64,000 nt of DNA from the human T2T-CHM13v2.0 reference genome, Homo sapiens (GCF_009914755.1 NC_060928.1), one strand, 5' to 3'. Shown: positions 30,301 to 45,345, counted from the first letter of the stretch. Notes: generated from the sequence alone by a model not told the origin. Made by a program: numbers and translations.

Positions 30301-33300
30301 TTATCTTCTTACTAGGTGATAATCTGATTTTACATAACGACAGGAACAAAATCAATTTAAATGAATAATACTTTCTTCATCTTATATTAAAAGAGTACAT
30401 AGGTCAAAAATAAGAATAAGTTTTGTTAATATAACGTTTTATCAGCAAAAAAATAGCATTTACAATTAAGATAAGTCTTTTCTGGTTGAATTGCATATTA
30501 TATAAGATCGATCCATTAATTTCTCCTTTGTTTCTTCTGTACAATATGGATTGTACTATCTACTGTTAGTTTATGTTACAATAAACAGTACATAGTAGAA
30601 TATAATTTCAAATGCATTGGACTTGACATATGCTGACTATTCTTTCCAAATCATTTGCACATATAGTACTTATAATAACTTTCAAACATACATACATATA
30701 TATTCAGTTATTATAAATTGAAGAATAGACTTTAAATTGCAGAATATTATGCTTTCAATGAATAGCAGACCTCTTTATGTTTATATGCAAACTCAATCAA
30801 CTGGTTATTGTTATTATGTCTTATATTGGATTCAGTTTCCTAACACTAATATCTTACTATCATATATTATTTGTGAAAGTTAAATATGTCTTAACAGTAA
30901 ACACTACTAAGAAATTTCAGGACTAACAGGTCTTCTTTATTTCTTATGACAATTTATGTGTGTAAAAGAGTCACAGTGGTCATTCTATCTTATTTCTAAA
31001 TTTGGTTTTCTATGGAATATAACTACATTCAATTTTTTTACTTTTAAGAAAGGTTTTCACCTATGCTTAATATTATGCTATGTATAATTAAAAGCACAGG
31101 TTTTAATTATATTACTTTCAATATTTAAAAAATATTTAAATCTAAAGATTATATAAATTTAAAGTTTATCAAATTGTTAAATGTGTGATTGAAACAGACA
31201 ATGCTTGCTATGTGCTTAAATGTGCAGTTAAAGTTATCACATTTACCTACTTCATCTCTATTGGACATAGTCTATTACACCATCTATCAGTGTTTGTCTA
31301 ATTTAGCATCTTTGGGTTTATTAATTTTTGCCTGGGGCTGTATGAAATATACTTGATTAACAAAGTGATATGTGAAGACGAAAAACCAGTAGCTTTATAA
31401 GAAAGCAGAATTTTTAAGTCTCTGGGGAAAAAAAGTATAATTGCAAGCTATTAGAATTTTGCTTATGTCTAATTATGCCTCTTAACATTTTATGAAAAAT
31501 ATTATAACATATTTATAGTAACATAACTTTTTTAAATAAAAGAAATGACTTATTAAAAGTTTTATTTTATAGTATTATCATACACATTTGAAAAGAAGGA
31601 ATAAATACATACATAGCCATATTATATTTGAGAAAAGGGAAGAAATTAATAATATTACATGAAAAGGGAGTTGTCTTAATTACACAGAAAAAAATTATAA
31701 CCCACAATTTTTTTGAAAAAGTGGACAACATCATAAGGAGGAGAAAAAGTAGACTAATAATCAGATATTAATCTAAAACATACTGAAATTACTAACAAAT
31801 AGGTGGTTATTATTTTGTTTATCCATGAATTTATTCTTCTCTTCCCTCAGATTTACTGAGTAGTTAATATCAGAACATTAGTCTTAATACAACAGGGGTT
31901 GTAGTACGCTGTATACAACATTAAATAACGCTGTTACAACACGTGAATCACAGAATTCCTCTCCTTGAACAGTATGCACAATCGGAAAATTACAAGGCTG
32001 TGATATATTTTCAACATATTGTTGAAGAAATTCCAAATACATAAATAATCTGTGCTATCTATTCAAACAAGTAATGAGTTCTTGCTAGGCCAAACTATAT
32101 GCTGAAAAGACAAAAAAAAAGATCTCTCCTTTTCAAAGCCAACAAAGTGGAGGACGTTCTTACCTAAACTCTTAACTAAAGATATGTAGAGAGAGAGGAA
32201 GCAAGAGAGGGTCATGTGAGAGCTCCTTACAAAGTGTGGCAGGTGATTTATGACCTGTATTAAAATGGTTAGAAATAAGTTGTTGAACACAAACTTTGCA
32301 AGAAATATGAACTTGTAGATGAATCATAGGAGTTAACTAATTTATCAATGACAGGGATGAAAGGAGAACATGAACACAGATGAAAGCAAGGAGTTAAAGA
32401 GCTTATAAGCACTTAAAAAAAGTGGCAAATGAAATAATTAATGCATTTTAGAAATAATCAAGAGTCTTGTGTACCCAGATTGATTTCCACACGATTTTAT
32501 CTACATATATGTTTATTTACATATAACAATCTAAAGAAATTGAATGAGAACAGTTTAGAAAGAGCCAGGTTTCATTAAAAAGGCTAACTCTGAGTTCATC
32601 TTGAATTAGTTAAATTAACAATTATGCCAAAGTGTTTTTGGGGTGTTTGTCTGTAAGATTTGCAAAAAATTTTTGCTCTTTATAGGTTGGTAAATGTGCA
32701 CACAGTAGCATCAGTGAGTATAAATTTTTCAAATATTTATTGTATTTCAAATAATTCTAATCAACCTTTAGAGATGACTACAACATTTTGATTATAAAAT
32801 TTAGAGAGCTAAAGACTTGATTATAGAAAGTTATATGATTTACTTCATTTTATATCATTATGTATATTATATAAATATATATCATATTTTCTACATGACA
32901 AATCTTCAGATACAGTCTGTTTTTCTTAATAATACCAAAATTAGAGCATGAATAGCAAAATATATATATGATACATACCAGAAAATTGATAGCAGATACT
33001 GTGATTTGCCTGTTTCCAAATGCTGGAGAGTAGAAAAAGAATATGTCATGCAGATACTCATAGTTTGGATTGTCAAATATATAGACATAATTCAGGCAGT
33101 ATTTATTGGGTATAAATTCTATAATCAATAGAACTGTCTAGTATGTAATTCACCTTTTGGGATGATACTTTTGCAATCTAAAGTGTTGACTTTTTTTCAC
33201 ATGTACTTTTGTTATTAACATAATGATATTTAAATTACAAATGGAATATATTATTAATTTGTATTATTAAACTCCTTGAAGGCAGATTTAGAATTTGTCC

Positions 33301-34440
33301 CATTTTAAAAGCACACTTAAGTATGGCCAAGCATATAATGGCACCACAAAATAACTCTCATTTTTAATGTTTAACAATAAAAAGGAAAATGCTGATTATA
33401 GTCATTTGTTTTCTACATTGATGTTTTGTCACAGGTAGAATTATAAGTATTTTATATTTTTATTATAACAAATATATGATGTATTACTTGCCTGACCTTA
33501 AAATAAAAAAAAATATAGGTTAAGTTCCAAAGGGCAGATAAAGAGTAATGTAGAAAACACCATTTAAAGCAATGTTCTAAAGGCAGGGTTGCTCACTGTG
33601 GAAAAGTTGGAATATTCAATAATAATAAAAATAGAATTATTTGATAAACCTATCATCATATTTATTAACAGTTGCATTCCTATCTTCTCATTTTATGTAT
33701 GTGAGCATGTAAATTGTATTTATATAAACACATTTGCATCTACACATAAAAATATTATCCCTTATTTTAAAATGTGCGTTTTTCACCTAACAATATATTT
33801 AAAGATTTCTCAATAGTATTAAACACTCATTGTCATAACGGTAATTGAATCTTCATAATAATGCAAGACATGGCTAGCTCTTAAAACATTAATCATAGAA
33901 TGGCTGAAAAGGTCACTTTAATTTTATGTGTGATAAATAATACTGCTTTGAACATCTTTACGTATAAATCTTTTACTAAATTTTGTTTTCTTGAGCTAGA
34001 AATTTAAAAGCATATTTTAGTTAAAGGTTACATAAATATTTTGCATAGATATATATTCATAGAATATATATATACAAACCATATGTACATGAATTGGAAG
34101 TCTTGTTTTTATGAAGTTTATATATCTAATAGTAAAATAAAAAATATTAGCAGAGAACATTTAGGAAATAGAGAAAAGTAGTAAGGGAAAAGAAAATGGA
34201 CTAAAATCTCATCAACCTTAGAAAACCAGTGAATATTATTATTTTCCCCTTTGACATATTCATATATGTTGTACATTTTTATAATATTTGATATAACAAT
34301 TTTGTAACTTACTTTTCTCTTAATGTTGTACCAATTTTGCCATATAATTAAACATTCTGCTTTTGCCAAATCACAGTTGGTTGCTATGCATCTGTATCAG
34401 CCATAATTCTTTTATTTATACCTACTATTCAATGTAACTT

Positions 34441-34790
34441 TACTCATTCAACTATAGTTATCAAGAATTCGCATGACAGGCACTGAACTTTGCGCTTGTG
34501 AGAAAGTACACACAAAGCCAAAGTCAATCTTAATTGAACTTATAGTCTGACCCAGAAAAGTACTAATCACATGATAACAAACGGAAGTTTGTTAAAATTG
34601 ATAAGTGCTACTATACAGATCTATGTAGTATTTAATAAAATAACTGAAAAGGATATCTTGTAATCTGGGAGGATCAGGGAGGATTCTTCTGAGTACACAA
34701 TTAAGCTTTGATTTATAAAAATGAATGCACATTAGTATAGAGAAGAGAGGGTTCAAAGCACATTAGGCAGAGTACAGTAAACATATGCCT
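34441..34790 (-). mobile_element. L2 3' fragment
   Basis: ctcattcaac...caggcactg...gaacttatagtct...gatcagggaggattcttctgag resembles antisense L2. Confidence 0.6.
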
Positions 34791-36529
34791 TATTCTTATT
34801 TTTAAATGAAAATGAATAATGATGTGATAAAAACAAGTATCGAGTGAAGAGTCTAATATTTTTCATATTTATTTCCAAAAAAACAAAGTTATAGGTAGTG
34901 CGAAGAGAAAAAACTTTCTATTTACATTAGTCATTATAACACTTATTAAAATGTTTAATAATATTTTATAATCTGTATAATGTTTCACATTTAGATAGGT
35001 AAAAATAACCTAATAGGCCATTATTCTTTGATTATGTTGATAGTAGACATTTATATATTAAGATTTTTGAACATATACATTCTGATTTGGGTATATTAAA
35101 ATGTTCCTGCCATTGGGCAGTTTTACAATTTTGATAATGTATTTCATTTAGTTGTATTTAACTATTATTCAAGAAGTATGGAAAATAAACTCTAGTAGAA
35201 TATGTGATGGAAATATGTATACAACATGCTGTTTTTCAATTAAGTTAGCTTTTGTGTATTAATATACAGATGCTATTAACTTTATGCAGCCAAATTTGAT
35301 GAGAATAGATTGTGGTGAAAATTGTGATAAAAGTCAAACACTGTTACCACAGAGAATTCTGAAAGGAGTGGGAAAAAGACCAGTTAGCATAGAGAGCAAA
35401 GAAGAGCAGTGTCAACTATGACGAAAAAACAACAACAGAAAACCAGAGAAAATAATAATCATGGCAGTAATGCAAGAAAAAAATCCTGAATTAAAGACTT
35501 AATTATGTATGTTGAAGGAGCATACCTTATATAAAGTGAAAGTACAGAATATGTGATTAAAGATTAAACAGGTAAAGTCCAAAAGTCCAGTAACTTTTTT
35601 TTCTAATTTTGAGGGTAAAATGAGGGAAACTATGTTGTAAGCATGCATAATTTAATGAAAATTTTCAAGAGGAACAATATAAAAATTGGATCAATTGTCT
35701 GTTTTGTAATCTTAAGCAGATGGGTTTAATGTGGCAAAGTAAGATATATTAAAACAAAAATTAAAAGAATTACTGATTTGTTTAATTGAAGTGTTTCATT
35801 TCATCTTCCTTAAATATGATTATTTATTAAGATTATACCTGCTTTGCTGAAAACAGCTTTAATATATACTATTTCCTTTTTTGTTACCTTGTCATAGTTG
35901 CTCTTTAATTATTATTATATCTTTTACTGTTAAAATAATTTAGGAAGTGTTTTTAAATATCACCTCATTTTGTTTTTAAGAATTTTTTTGTGCTTATATT
36001 GTATTTTTAAGGTTTATTTTATCTCACCTAAAGATAATGTAGTTTGTGCTATTTGTGCTTTGTGAGTACAGAATTGAATATTTATGATGCAATATATAAG
36101 CAATTTCTAAAATTAAAATAAATCTATTAATTATAATCAAAGTTTTGAAATGGGAAAATATTCTATTAAAGACTTAGAAAGTGATAAGAAATGAAAGGGA
36201 AGTTTTTTTGCAGCATAAATATAGAAAATAGTGAAATTTTACAGAAAAAAAACAATAAATGGCATAAGCATGGAACAAATTAGAGAGAGTCTCTGGGTCC
36301 TGTTATTTGTCAACAATGTGTGTTAGGTATCCTAAGCCCATATAACTAATAGTTTAAGAAATAGGAGTCTCTACTACCTGGATCAAAACTCAAGATAAAG
36401 ATGATATGCTCATTTTTGTGAAGGGGATCTCCATGATGATGTCTATACAGAATTTATGTAACTGACTGGCTGTGGATTGGCTAACCTCTTGCACAGTTTA
36501 CTGTTATCTGTATCTATGCTATAGATTAT

Positions 36530-36700
36530 TTTCCAGTTATTTGCTGAGTAAATTTGGAAAATCTGCCTACATTTTCTAAAGTTTAGATATTCATCTGTAA
36601 AGTGGGAATACAGACAGTATAATTTTCATGAGGATTCAATGAGATAAAATGTGCCAACCATTTAGCATTTACCTAATAGGAAGCCTTAATAAAAGTTAAT
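36530..36700 (+). mobile_element. MIR SINE
   Basis: Core ttcatctgtaaagtgggaata followed by atgaggattcaatgagataa. Confidence 0.7.
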
Positions 36701-38164
36701 TTATGCTTTCTCTATTAAAGGAAAAAGCAGCTTATTCTATCATATACTGTTGTAGAAGTCACATTATTATTTAGCATGATTTAACTAAAGCATAATAGCT
36801 GTATCTCATGTATATTACAACCATGTTAAGTGTGGACTTCCTAGACAAGATATTCATTTTCCACTTGTCATAAGTATTAAAATGCTATAATATGTTTTCA
36901 CAGAATTTGAGTCCTAATTGTATCTTATGCATTTAAAGATCTTGAGCATAGTGAAATTATCTTTTCATGGCATCATTTTTCTAGCCTTCAATGGGGAATA
37001 TTAAAGCCACAAAATAATGTTTTTAATTAAAAATAAATAGCATATTTACAGTTATTAACAAATAGTCAGTTTTCAATAAATGTTTTACATATATTAACAA
37101 AATTAACTACTATTATTATTTTGTAACCAATATGGCAATGAAGCATTTTTCAGAAGTGTATCTTATTAACATAGTCTGGAGCAATACTTCTATGTGCTAA
37201 CGTTGTAAAGGTAATAAGTACATCTTATAAAATATTTGAAAAATCAGAAGATATAGGAAATTTTCACTTTCAATATTCATAGTTAATTGTTAGTATTAAG
37301 ACCAGCTGAAGTTTTAATCATTAAAATCAATGACTCTTCACTTCCCAGACTGAACTTGTTGGTTTTGGCAAAGACCCTGAACATTGTAATTCTCTATATT
37401 ACAACTTCAGCCAAGAAATAAAGGAAGTTTAAGTTATTTTCTAAAATTTAAAAATAAAGTTTGAATATACCATTTATTTTAAACTTTGTAAACACCAGAA
37501 ATAGCCCACAAAAATAATTGTCAAATAAATGAGAAATCATTTAATTGTTGAGCTTTACATTGTGTGCCTTATGTGCTACAGTAAGAGCTGAAGAGAGAAA
37601 AGTCCACATTGAAGGAAGAAATGAAATTCCTTGATCAGGGCAAACTTTTTCCTTGAAGATTAAGAACCAAGGAATTAGGTTTCATCCAGTGTACATTCAA
37701 ACAAATGTTTCATCTGAGTCAAGAGCCATGATATTTTAGTAAATCAAATCATAAATAGAAACTGATAAGTCACAGAAAAATTGGCCCTATTTTTTGTTGA
37801 ATTATATTTAAAAGAATAATTAAATGTTTATCATTTACTTGTAAAATATCTGATAGCTGATTAGTATATGATTGTATAATTATACAATAATTTTATCTTT
37901 AATTGTTGTTTTTTCATTTTATTAGCTGTTTTTTTGGAGGTTTACAACCTACTAATATTTTTGGTGGTTCGTGTAGAAACAAAATAAATAAAAATATATG
38001 AGTCAAATTGGTCTTGTAGGCCTACATAAACATTTAAAGAAATATGATATGAAAGCAATTTAAAATGAATTGTTTCATTTTTTACTTATTCCTTTATGTA
38101 TGTCATTTAGAATAGAGTTTTTAGGTTGGTCCTTTAGTATACGGTTAGTTAAGAAGAAACCCTA

Positions 38165-38317
<153 letters not shown>

Positions 38318-38442
38318 TTACATGCATGTCACAATTTGAAACCACCACATACATTTATATTAGACACTGCAGCATTTATATGTAAAATGGTACAAATTGT
38401 CTAAGCTAAATAAACAGAATATTACTTTGCCCAATGTAATAG

Positions 38443-39051
38443 TGAGAGAGGAACCAGGTAGGGGCTGGTTAGGCAGGCAGAGAGGGAGGGTCTCAGAAGA
38501 GGGCCAACACCTGTGGGACTGTGCCTGCACTGCCCCTGTTATGGAGTTAGCAGGACAAAATATGGTTAAGAATTTCTTGTTATACCAAGATGTTTGCTCA
38601 AAAGGGACTTTCCAGCCACCTGCAGAGGCACAGACAAGGACTGAGGATGTCCTAAAACAATCCTGACCACATTATAATGCTATTAGCATTGTGCTTTAAC
38701 CCTCCCTGCTCCATGGGTTTCACTTAGGCACTCATGAGTAATAACCAAGATGGAGTAGCTATAGCCAAACCCAGGCATGCACAGATGCAACACCCCCAGG
38801 GGGAATTTTACCACTCCCCTTAGGGTAGAACCCACAAAAGACTTCCTTGTCTTTGCCACATAAAAGACTGAGGACTCAGACCCATTTCTTACAACCCTCT
38901 TCATGTCCCTTGTTGCTGCTGAGAGCATTTCTATTGCTTAATAAATGCTACTCTGCCTTACACACTCTCCAGTGTCCATGTTCCTTATTCTTCTTGGTCG
39001 TGGGACAATAACTCAGACCTCACTAAACTAAGGAATAAGGAGACTGCAACA
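38443..39051 (+). mobile_element. 5' LTR of an ERV1 provirus (HUERS-P3/MER61/LTR20-like lineage)
   Basis: TG...CA ends, 609 bp, cataaaa TATA-like box, AATAAA at about 38940; direct-repeat homology to 41122-41743. Confidence 0.88.
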
Positions 39052-39054
39052 TTT

Positions 39055-39072
39055 TGGGGGATTGCTCAGGAT
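39055..39072 (+). promoter_or_regulatory. Degenerate tRNA-Pro primer-binding site (PBS)
   Basis: TGGGGGATTGCTCAGGAT versus PBS-Pro TGGGGGCTCGTCCGGGAT (13/18), separated from the LTR end by 3 nt. Confidence 0.65.
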
Positions 39073-40585
39073 CATGGGAAGGGTGAGTAAGGGCAGACTT
39101 CTTTTACTTTCATTTCCAAGAGCTCTTGCCTCTCTTTATTATATGAAACCGAACAAAACACTGGGCCTCTGTCAGTCAGTTAAGAGTGAATAGCATGGCT
39201 GTTGCTCCTACAAGACTCAAAAGACAAGCTTACCAATGAGGACTTTGTCAAAACCTCTTCATCCGTGGGTGTTGGGAATGTTTATTCTGTTCCAAAACAG
39301 TTTCCCTTCATGGAGCTCTAGCCGTTGTGTGGGACTTAGAAGGATATCCTGGGGCAACTGAAGGTATCTGGCTGAGGCTATATCTTGGTGTTACGCAAAG
39401 GCCTTTGGACTGGCTCCAGTCCCTGACACCCCATTAGGGTGTTGGATAAAGATTTCCAGTATTTTATATCACATTTTCTTTCTTTTGAGACTATCATCGT
39501 TGCTCTCCCTTCTTTATATTCAATGTTATGTATGTTTTTGCAACCAGGAGAGATAATATTATTGGGAAAATTGAGTAGCTTGCTTACTCATCAGAAGTGT
39601 AACCCAGAACAATGTTGCTTTTACCTGTTCTTAGAACAAGGGATATATAAAGATTTAGAGAGTTTCCTTTCTCCAGTCAAGGAGACCCACTGGCACTGTA
39701 AAGGAGGCTATTTCTCCCTGGGTGACTATTCTCCTCTCCATCTAGGCTGCTTCTTATTTCCATGAGAGAAGTCAGCACTGCTCAGCAAGCATTGAAGTGT
39801 GCACTATGTGAGAAATCAATTTTCTTCTCCTAGGAGGCTTATTTTGAGGGATGCTCACCAAGCCCCAAACTCCTCTCTTTCAAACCTCTGTCTGAAAAGA
39901 ATTTGGACACAAAGTTACAGGCTAACATTCCAAACTTTGCCAAGGTGCCTGACAAGGCAAAGATTTGTTTCTGTGGAGAGCTCTATAGGTCCTATGTCTG
40001 GGGGAGCCCTAATTCCCTGGTTACTAGCACACAGAATTAGCCAAGCCAACCCCTATATTTTCAAAGACACCTATTCTTCCTCCAAGTTTAACAACCCCTG
40101 GGCAGGAAGAAGGGGCTAGTTTTGGAGGTCAGTCACTTTCATTTCCTTGAATGCTATGATCTGGCTCTGTCCATTACCTATCAGTGAAGGGATGCTTTTT
40201 AAAGATTTAAGGACACCCCCCCTTCATTAATGTTTCTTGCCCCAGTTCAATTACTTCAAGGTATTTTCCAAGTTTCAAGTGGGAAGCTTTGGGTATGAAG
40301 CTCAAAAGAAGAAATAGATCTGTGGGACCCCAAAGGTGGTCAACACTGGAGAGCTGGGGTGCAGCATAGGTAAGTGTGACTATTCCTACCTTCCAGCCCT
40401 CCTGGTCTGTTGTTGGAGGTCACACTTGCATCCACAGGTGACACCTATAAAGGTTGCTGGGACCCAGAGGATACAAGGACGAGGAGAGGAGAAAGGAGAT
40501 GCTTTTTCTCTCTCTCTCCCCATCCAAGTTCACCCTAAAAGTGGAAGACAGACTAAGGGATGCCTTTTCTCCCCTCTCTTTCCAT

Positions 40586-41035
40586 ATGTGTAACAATCCA
40601 TCTTCAGCCTGCACTCCCCTTAAGAACAACCTGGATCACTGGGACTCCTTTTACCCTCAGACCCTAATGTTCACTCTGGGCAAGCCCCAACATCACTCAT
40701 TTATAGAGGCCTTCCAGAATTTAACCCATGTATATAAAGTGTTCTAAAAGGATGATATGTTACTCTTAAATCAAACTCTGACCACTGCTGAGAAACAAGC
40801 AGCATTGCAAGCAGTAAAGAAATTTGGATATGAGCTTCATATCTCACATAATACCAGAGACAAGGGAAGGCCTTATCCAGTTGGAAAGACAGCAGTACCG
40901 TTGAATGACCTAAATAGGCTTCTAATGATAATATGGGAGGATGGAGGAGAAAACACTTTCAAATGTGCATACTGGAGGACTTACGAAGTACTAGAATTAG
41001 GACCACATGAGAATCCCTCTGCCTTTCTGGAACAA
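40586..41035 (+). pseudogene. Internally deleted gammaretrovirus-like gag remnant
   Basis: MCNNPSSACTPL..LDHWDSFYPQTL (MA start) joined to FIEAFQNLT..MLLLNQTLTTAEKQAALQAVKKFG (CA), and GPHENPSAFLE (MHR-like). In-frame stop and frameshift present. Confidence 0.8.
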
Positions 41036-41121
41036 CACCCTCTCACAGCCTGAAAAAGCCAGAGCAGTTATCTCCCCGTTCCACCTAATGGCAGTTAGGG
41101 TTAACACTCCAGAGTGGGGAA

Positions 41122-41743
41122 TGAGAGAGGAGGTAGGTAGGGGCTGATTAGGCAGATAGAGATAGAAGGTCTTGCAAGAGGGACAATGCCTACAAGAACA
41201 CACCTGAACCACCCATTATGTAGCTGGCAGAAGGAAATGTGGTTAAGAATTTCCTCTTATACCAAGATGCTTACTCAGAAGAAACTCTCCAGCCACCTGC
41301 GCAGGTACAGACAAGAACTGAGATGCATACTAAATTGATCCTGATCCTGAACTCATAGTGCCATTAGCATTGTGGCTTCAGCTTCCCCCCTCCACAGGCT
41401 TTCGTTAGGCACTCATAAGTAATAGCCAAGATGAAGTATCTATGGCCAACCGCAGGCATGTGCCGATGCAACAACCCCAGGGGGATCTCTACCCCTCCCC
41501 TTAGGGTGTAAGCCACAGAAGGCTTCCTTGTCTTTCCCACATAAAAGGCCCAGAATTTATCCGAATTTATCCCCATTTCTGGCAATCTTCTTCAGGTACC
41601 CTCTAGCTGCTGAGAGCTTTTATGTTGTTTAATAAATCCTACTCTGCCCTAATCACTGTCTAGTGGCCATGTGTCTTAATTCTTCTTGGTTGTGAGACAA
41701 GAACTCAGACCTCACTAAACTAAGGCATAAGGAGATGGTAACA
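41122..41743 (+). mobile_element. 3' LTR of the same ERV1 provirus, preceded by a polypurine tract (PPT)
   Basis: agagtggggaa PPT (41111-41121), then TGAGAGAGG...GGTAACA; colinear with the 5' LTR. Confidence 0.88.
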
Positions 41744-42799
41744 GAAGCATTTTACAAATACTATTTTGATATCACTAAGAAAATGCATTTCTTTGCTCCA
41801 CTTGTACTAATATTAATGGATATTTGTGATATATGTCAAGTTAACAGAATATTTTAGAAAAATTTGGTGAGAATTATTTTGTAAGTAGTAAATATAAATG
41901 AATTACTAAAAATAAAACATAAATTATCAATTGCATAAGATACACTAATATTTTTCTAACAATTAGTGAATTTAAAAAATAAATTATTTGATAATTGGTA
42001 GTAACACATGTTGATTGACTGGAATGGAAATGGCTCGGATTTAGGAGTTGTAGTCTATAATGGTGATCTTGAACTGATTTGATTGATTGTAATATCTTCT
42101 ATTAAAAAAGCAGTCCTAAATAACTTCTGAGGTCTCAGAATTTCAGTTTACTGCTTTACTGCAATGACAACAATAGAATGGCTGTTCTGTTGCGATATTA
42201 CAAAGCAGATATTTGACAAAAAACAGGACACTTTTTTTACAGACAAACCTTTTTCTGAAAATAGACTTTAAATTGAAAAACAAAATTTAGCTTAAATTGA
42301 AAATTGAGTTTCAACATGTTGTCTAATGTACTTTCCCATGTCAATATTTTACATATTTTTTCATGTTTTGGTAGTTATTTGATAGTTCATAACTGTTGCT
42401 TTCACAATTTCTAGAAGAGCAAACACACTAGCATCATATTGACAACTGCCATAATAATGGAATATAGTATCACCATTTTAATCCCACACAGATGTATATT
42501 TGTAGGAACGTTCTTATATCATATTCTGCTCTTCAAGTGGCACTCAAATAATCTGAATTCAGTGCTTAGTATTACCAAAATTAAAAGATTCCTAGGAGTA
42601 TCTAGCTTGTCTTGTAATATGAGGTAATGACAAATCTTTCTACAGGGTTAAGTTCAAATTAAATATATCACGCAAAAAGAATGACATTTTAGGAAAAGAA
42701 TGTTTAAGTATGCTTATGCAATTAAACGTGAAAATCTAAGTTTCGGAAGGAAACAATGATTAAATATTTTGCAAAGGATCCAACATATAAAATGTCTCA

Positions 42800-43006
<207 letters not shown>

Positions 43007-43727
43007 TTAATTTTTTTAGTTTAATATGCTAGCTATTGGGAAACATTGTTTCTGGTAGCTAAAACACAAATACTTGCTTTAATATTTTATTTTCACAATT
43101 TTCTAAATTTAGTAATAAAAGTAGCTGTTATAAGAGTCTCTATAAATTTACTTCTGATGACATTAGAAATATTTTATAATACCAGTCATAAACTGTTATG
43201 CTCACACCTGTCCCAGGAGTGGGTATAAATATAATAATTGCAAATATGTTCATATCGAAATACTTCGACTGAAACAGACAATTTACAAGTTTTAAAAATA
43301 TCCAAAGCCTAGTTGGAATGTATTTGACATTTTATAATAGTCAGAATAACTTTTTAATTGTCTGGTTGTCCTTTAGCAAGTACTAAGATTGAGAAAATTT
43401 AAATTGCATTTTCTGTGCAGTAATAATGTAGCTTTGTGCTTTGTTTTTGTTTTGTTTGTTTTTTCCTATCTAATTTTGTCCCTTTGTGTGTTTGTTTGTG
43501 TTGCTGTACTCTAAGTTACCACCTCTTCTTATCATTTTTATATAATTACTATCTTAAAAGTAAACAAAAATGTGATTGATTTACAGCAGTATATTTTTCT
43601 GGATATACTATAAACAATGTATTTTTCATGAAGATTTGTACCTATTTTGTTACATATAAAAATGTGAAATCTCAAAAACTTTGGTTGCTATTAAAAAATT
43701 CAATACGGATCAAAGATGACCTACTTT

Positions 43728-44023
43728 TTGTGCGTTGTTTTTGTTTTTAGAGACAGGATCTTGCTGTGTTGTCCAGGCTGCAGTGCAGTGGCATGATCTC
43801 TCAGTCTTAAACTCTCAGGCTCCAGCAATCCTCCCACCTCAGCTTCCTGAGTAACTAGACTACAGGACCACACCGCCATGCCCGGCTAATTTTTTTGTAT
43901 TTTTTGTAGAAATGGGTTAAACCTTGTTGCCCAGGCTAGTCTCAAACTCCTGGGCTCACATAATCAACTTGCCTGGGGTTCCCCAACTGCTAGGATTACA
44001 GGCATGAGACACCACATCCGACT
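43728..44023 (-). mobile_element. AluJ
   Basis: Diverged Alu; TSD gatgac(c/a)tacttt at 43715 and 44024. Confidence 0.9.
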
Positions 44024-44229
44024 GATGACATACTTTAACCAGTAAAGGTTGAGCATAAAAATCAGCATATCATTTACTCTATATAATAATAAAATTAGAC
44101 ATTGAGTTTATTTATACGTTTGGGAGTTGATTTTAGTGGAAATGATTTCTGGTACGAGTAGGGTGACTTTAGGAAAAACAAATAATTAAATAAACACTAA
44201 CCTGGTTAAGTCAGCAGCAAATTTATCAT

Positions 44230-44430
44230 TATTCATTAATTCGTAAAAACAAAACTGTGAACCTATTATGTAACATAAATGTATTATGTGGTGCAGATAC
44301 CTATAAGTATAATGGCAGACAAATTCTGAAAAAGGTGAGAGAGCAAGCATCATGAATGTCTGGGGGAAGAGCTCTCTAGAAAGTCAGACAAACAAAAGCA
44401 GAAGTCCAGATACAAGAAGCTGCCTTGTGA
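44230..44430 (-). mobile_element. L2 fragment, apparently resuming at about 46113-46200
   Basis: attcattaattc...acctattatgt...gtctgggggaagagc...; the later piece reads aggaggtcagtgtggctggag. Confidence 0.5.
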
Positions 44431-45297
44431 GCACACAGGGTAGTTAAGGAAATTGGTATCTCTCCTCATTTTATTGTTCTTTTGTAGATGTAGTTACAAA
44501 AACCCTTGAGTAATAAAATTTTTTTGTTTTATAAAAAAGCAGCAATGTAGCAGAGCCCTAAGTGAGAAATTTTGGTTCAAGCTATGATTTCTCTATATTA
44601 GTACATTCATTTATTTTATATTATACCATGAGAGCATAGAAACCTCCATAGAATGTACAGCTAGAGACTTAGTTTATATATATGCCATCATGCACATCAC
44701 TGCTAACTCATCAAGTCTGATTTTATTTCAAAATATTATTATTCTATTTAATGATGTTTAACTTCCAAACACTGATTATTTTTTGTGGATTGCTAAATTA
44801 ACTGTAAAACCATAAATAGGTGTGAATCCAATTCTTTTTCCCAACCAAAGTATTGATAAAATCTTATTTATTTTAAATCAAGTAAGGTTCAGGATATGAG
44901 GGCACAGCACAGAAAAGCACAGCTTCAACTTTACAAATAGCAAGGGAGGCATGGCGCTACACCAGGTTTCTGGTTTCTGTTGAAGAAGATAAGGAAATGT
45001 TCAGGTAACAGGTTCATAAGATACTTGACGCAGATACAGTTCCTATGGGAGATGTACCTTTAGTCCCCGTGTGCGGAGGTTTCTAAGTGATCTGAAGAAC
45101 TTTGTGGTGGTTCGGTCACATATAGAAATCTGCCTTCTACATGAACTTAGCAGAAATTTCTTTTGACATTATAATATGATTCAAAGCAATTTTGGAGACA
45201 ACATTTTAATGTGTTTCAATTGGATGTGGAATTTAAGAATTCATCTTAAAACAACATCATCCTGAAAATTAGGTGACAGAAGCCCTGTGATTATTTT

Positions 45298-45345
45298 CTA
45301 AATCTAGATACCTAAATCTAGGTACCTAAAACTAGATACCTAAAT
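45298..45345. repeat. 14-bp tandem repeat, about 3.4 copies (ctaaatctagatac)
   Basis: Read directly from the sequence. Confidence 0.9.

Noticed and set aside
40454-41053. Possible domesticated gag gene
   Set aside because: The myristoylation Gly is lost (MC instead of MG), and there are large deletions, an in-frame stop and a frameshift.
45298-45345. CRISPR-like array among the short repeats (also 61235 and 62958)
   Set aside because: The units are directly adjacent with no unique spacers, there are no cas genes, and the context is primate DNA.
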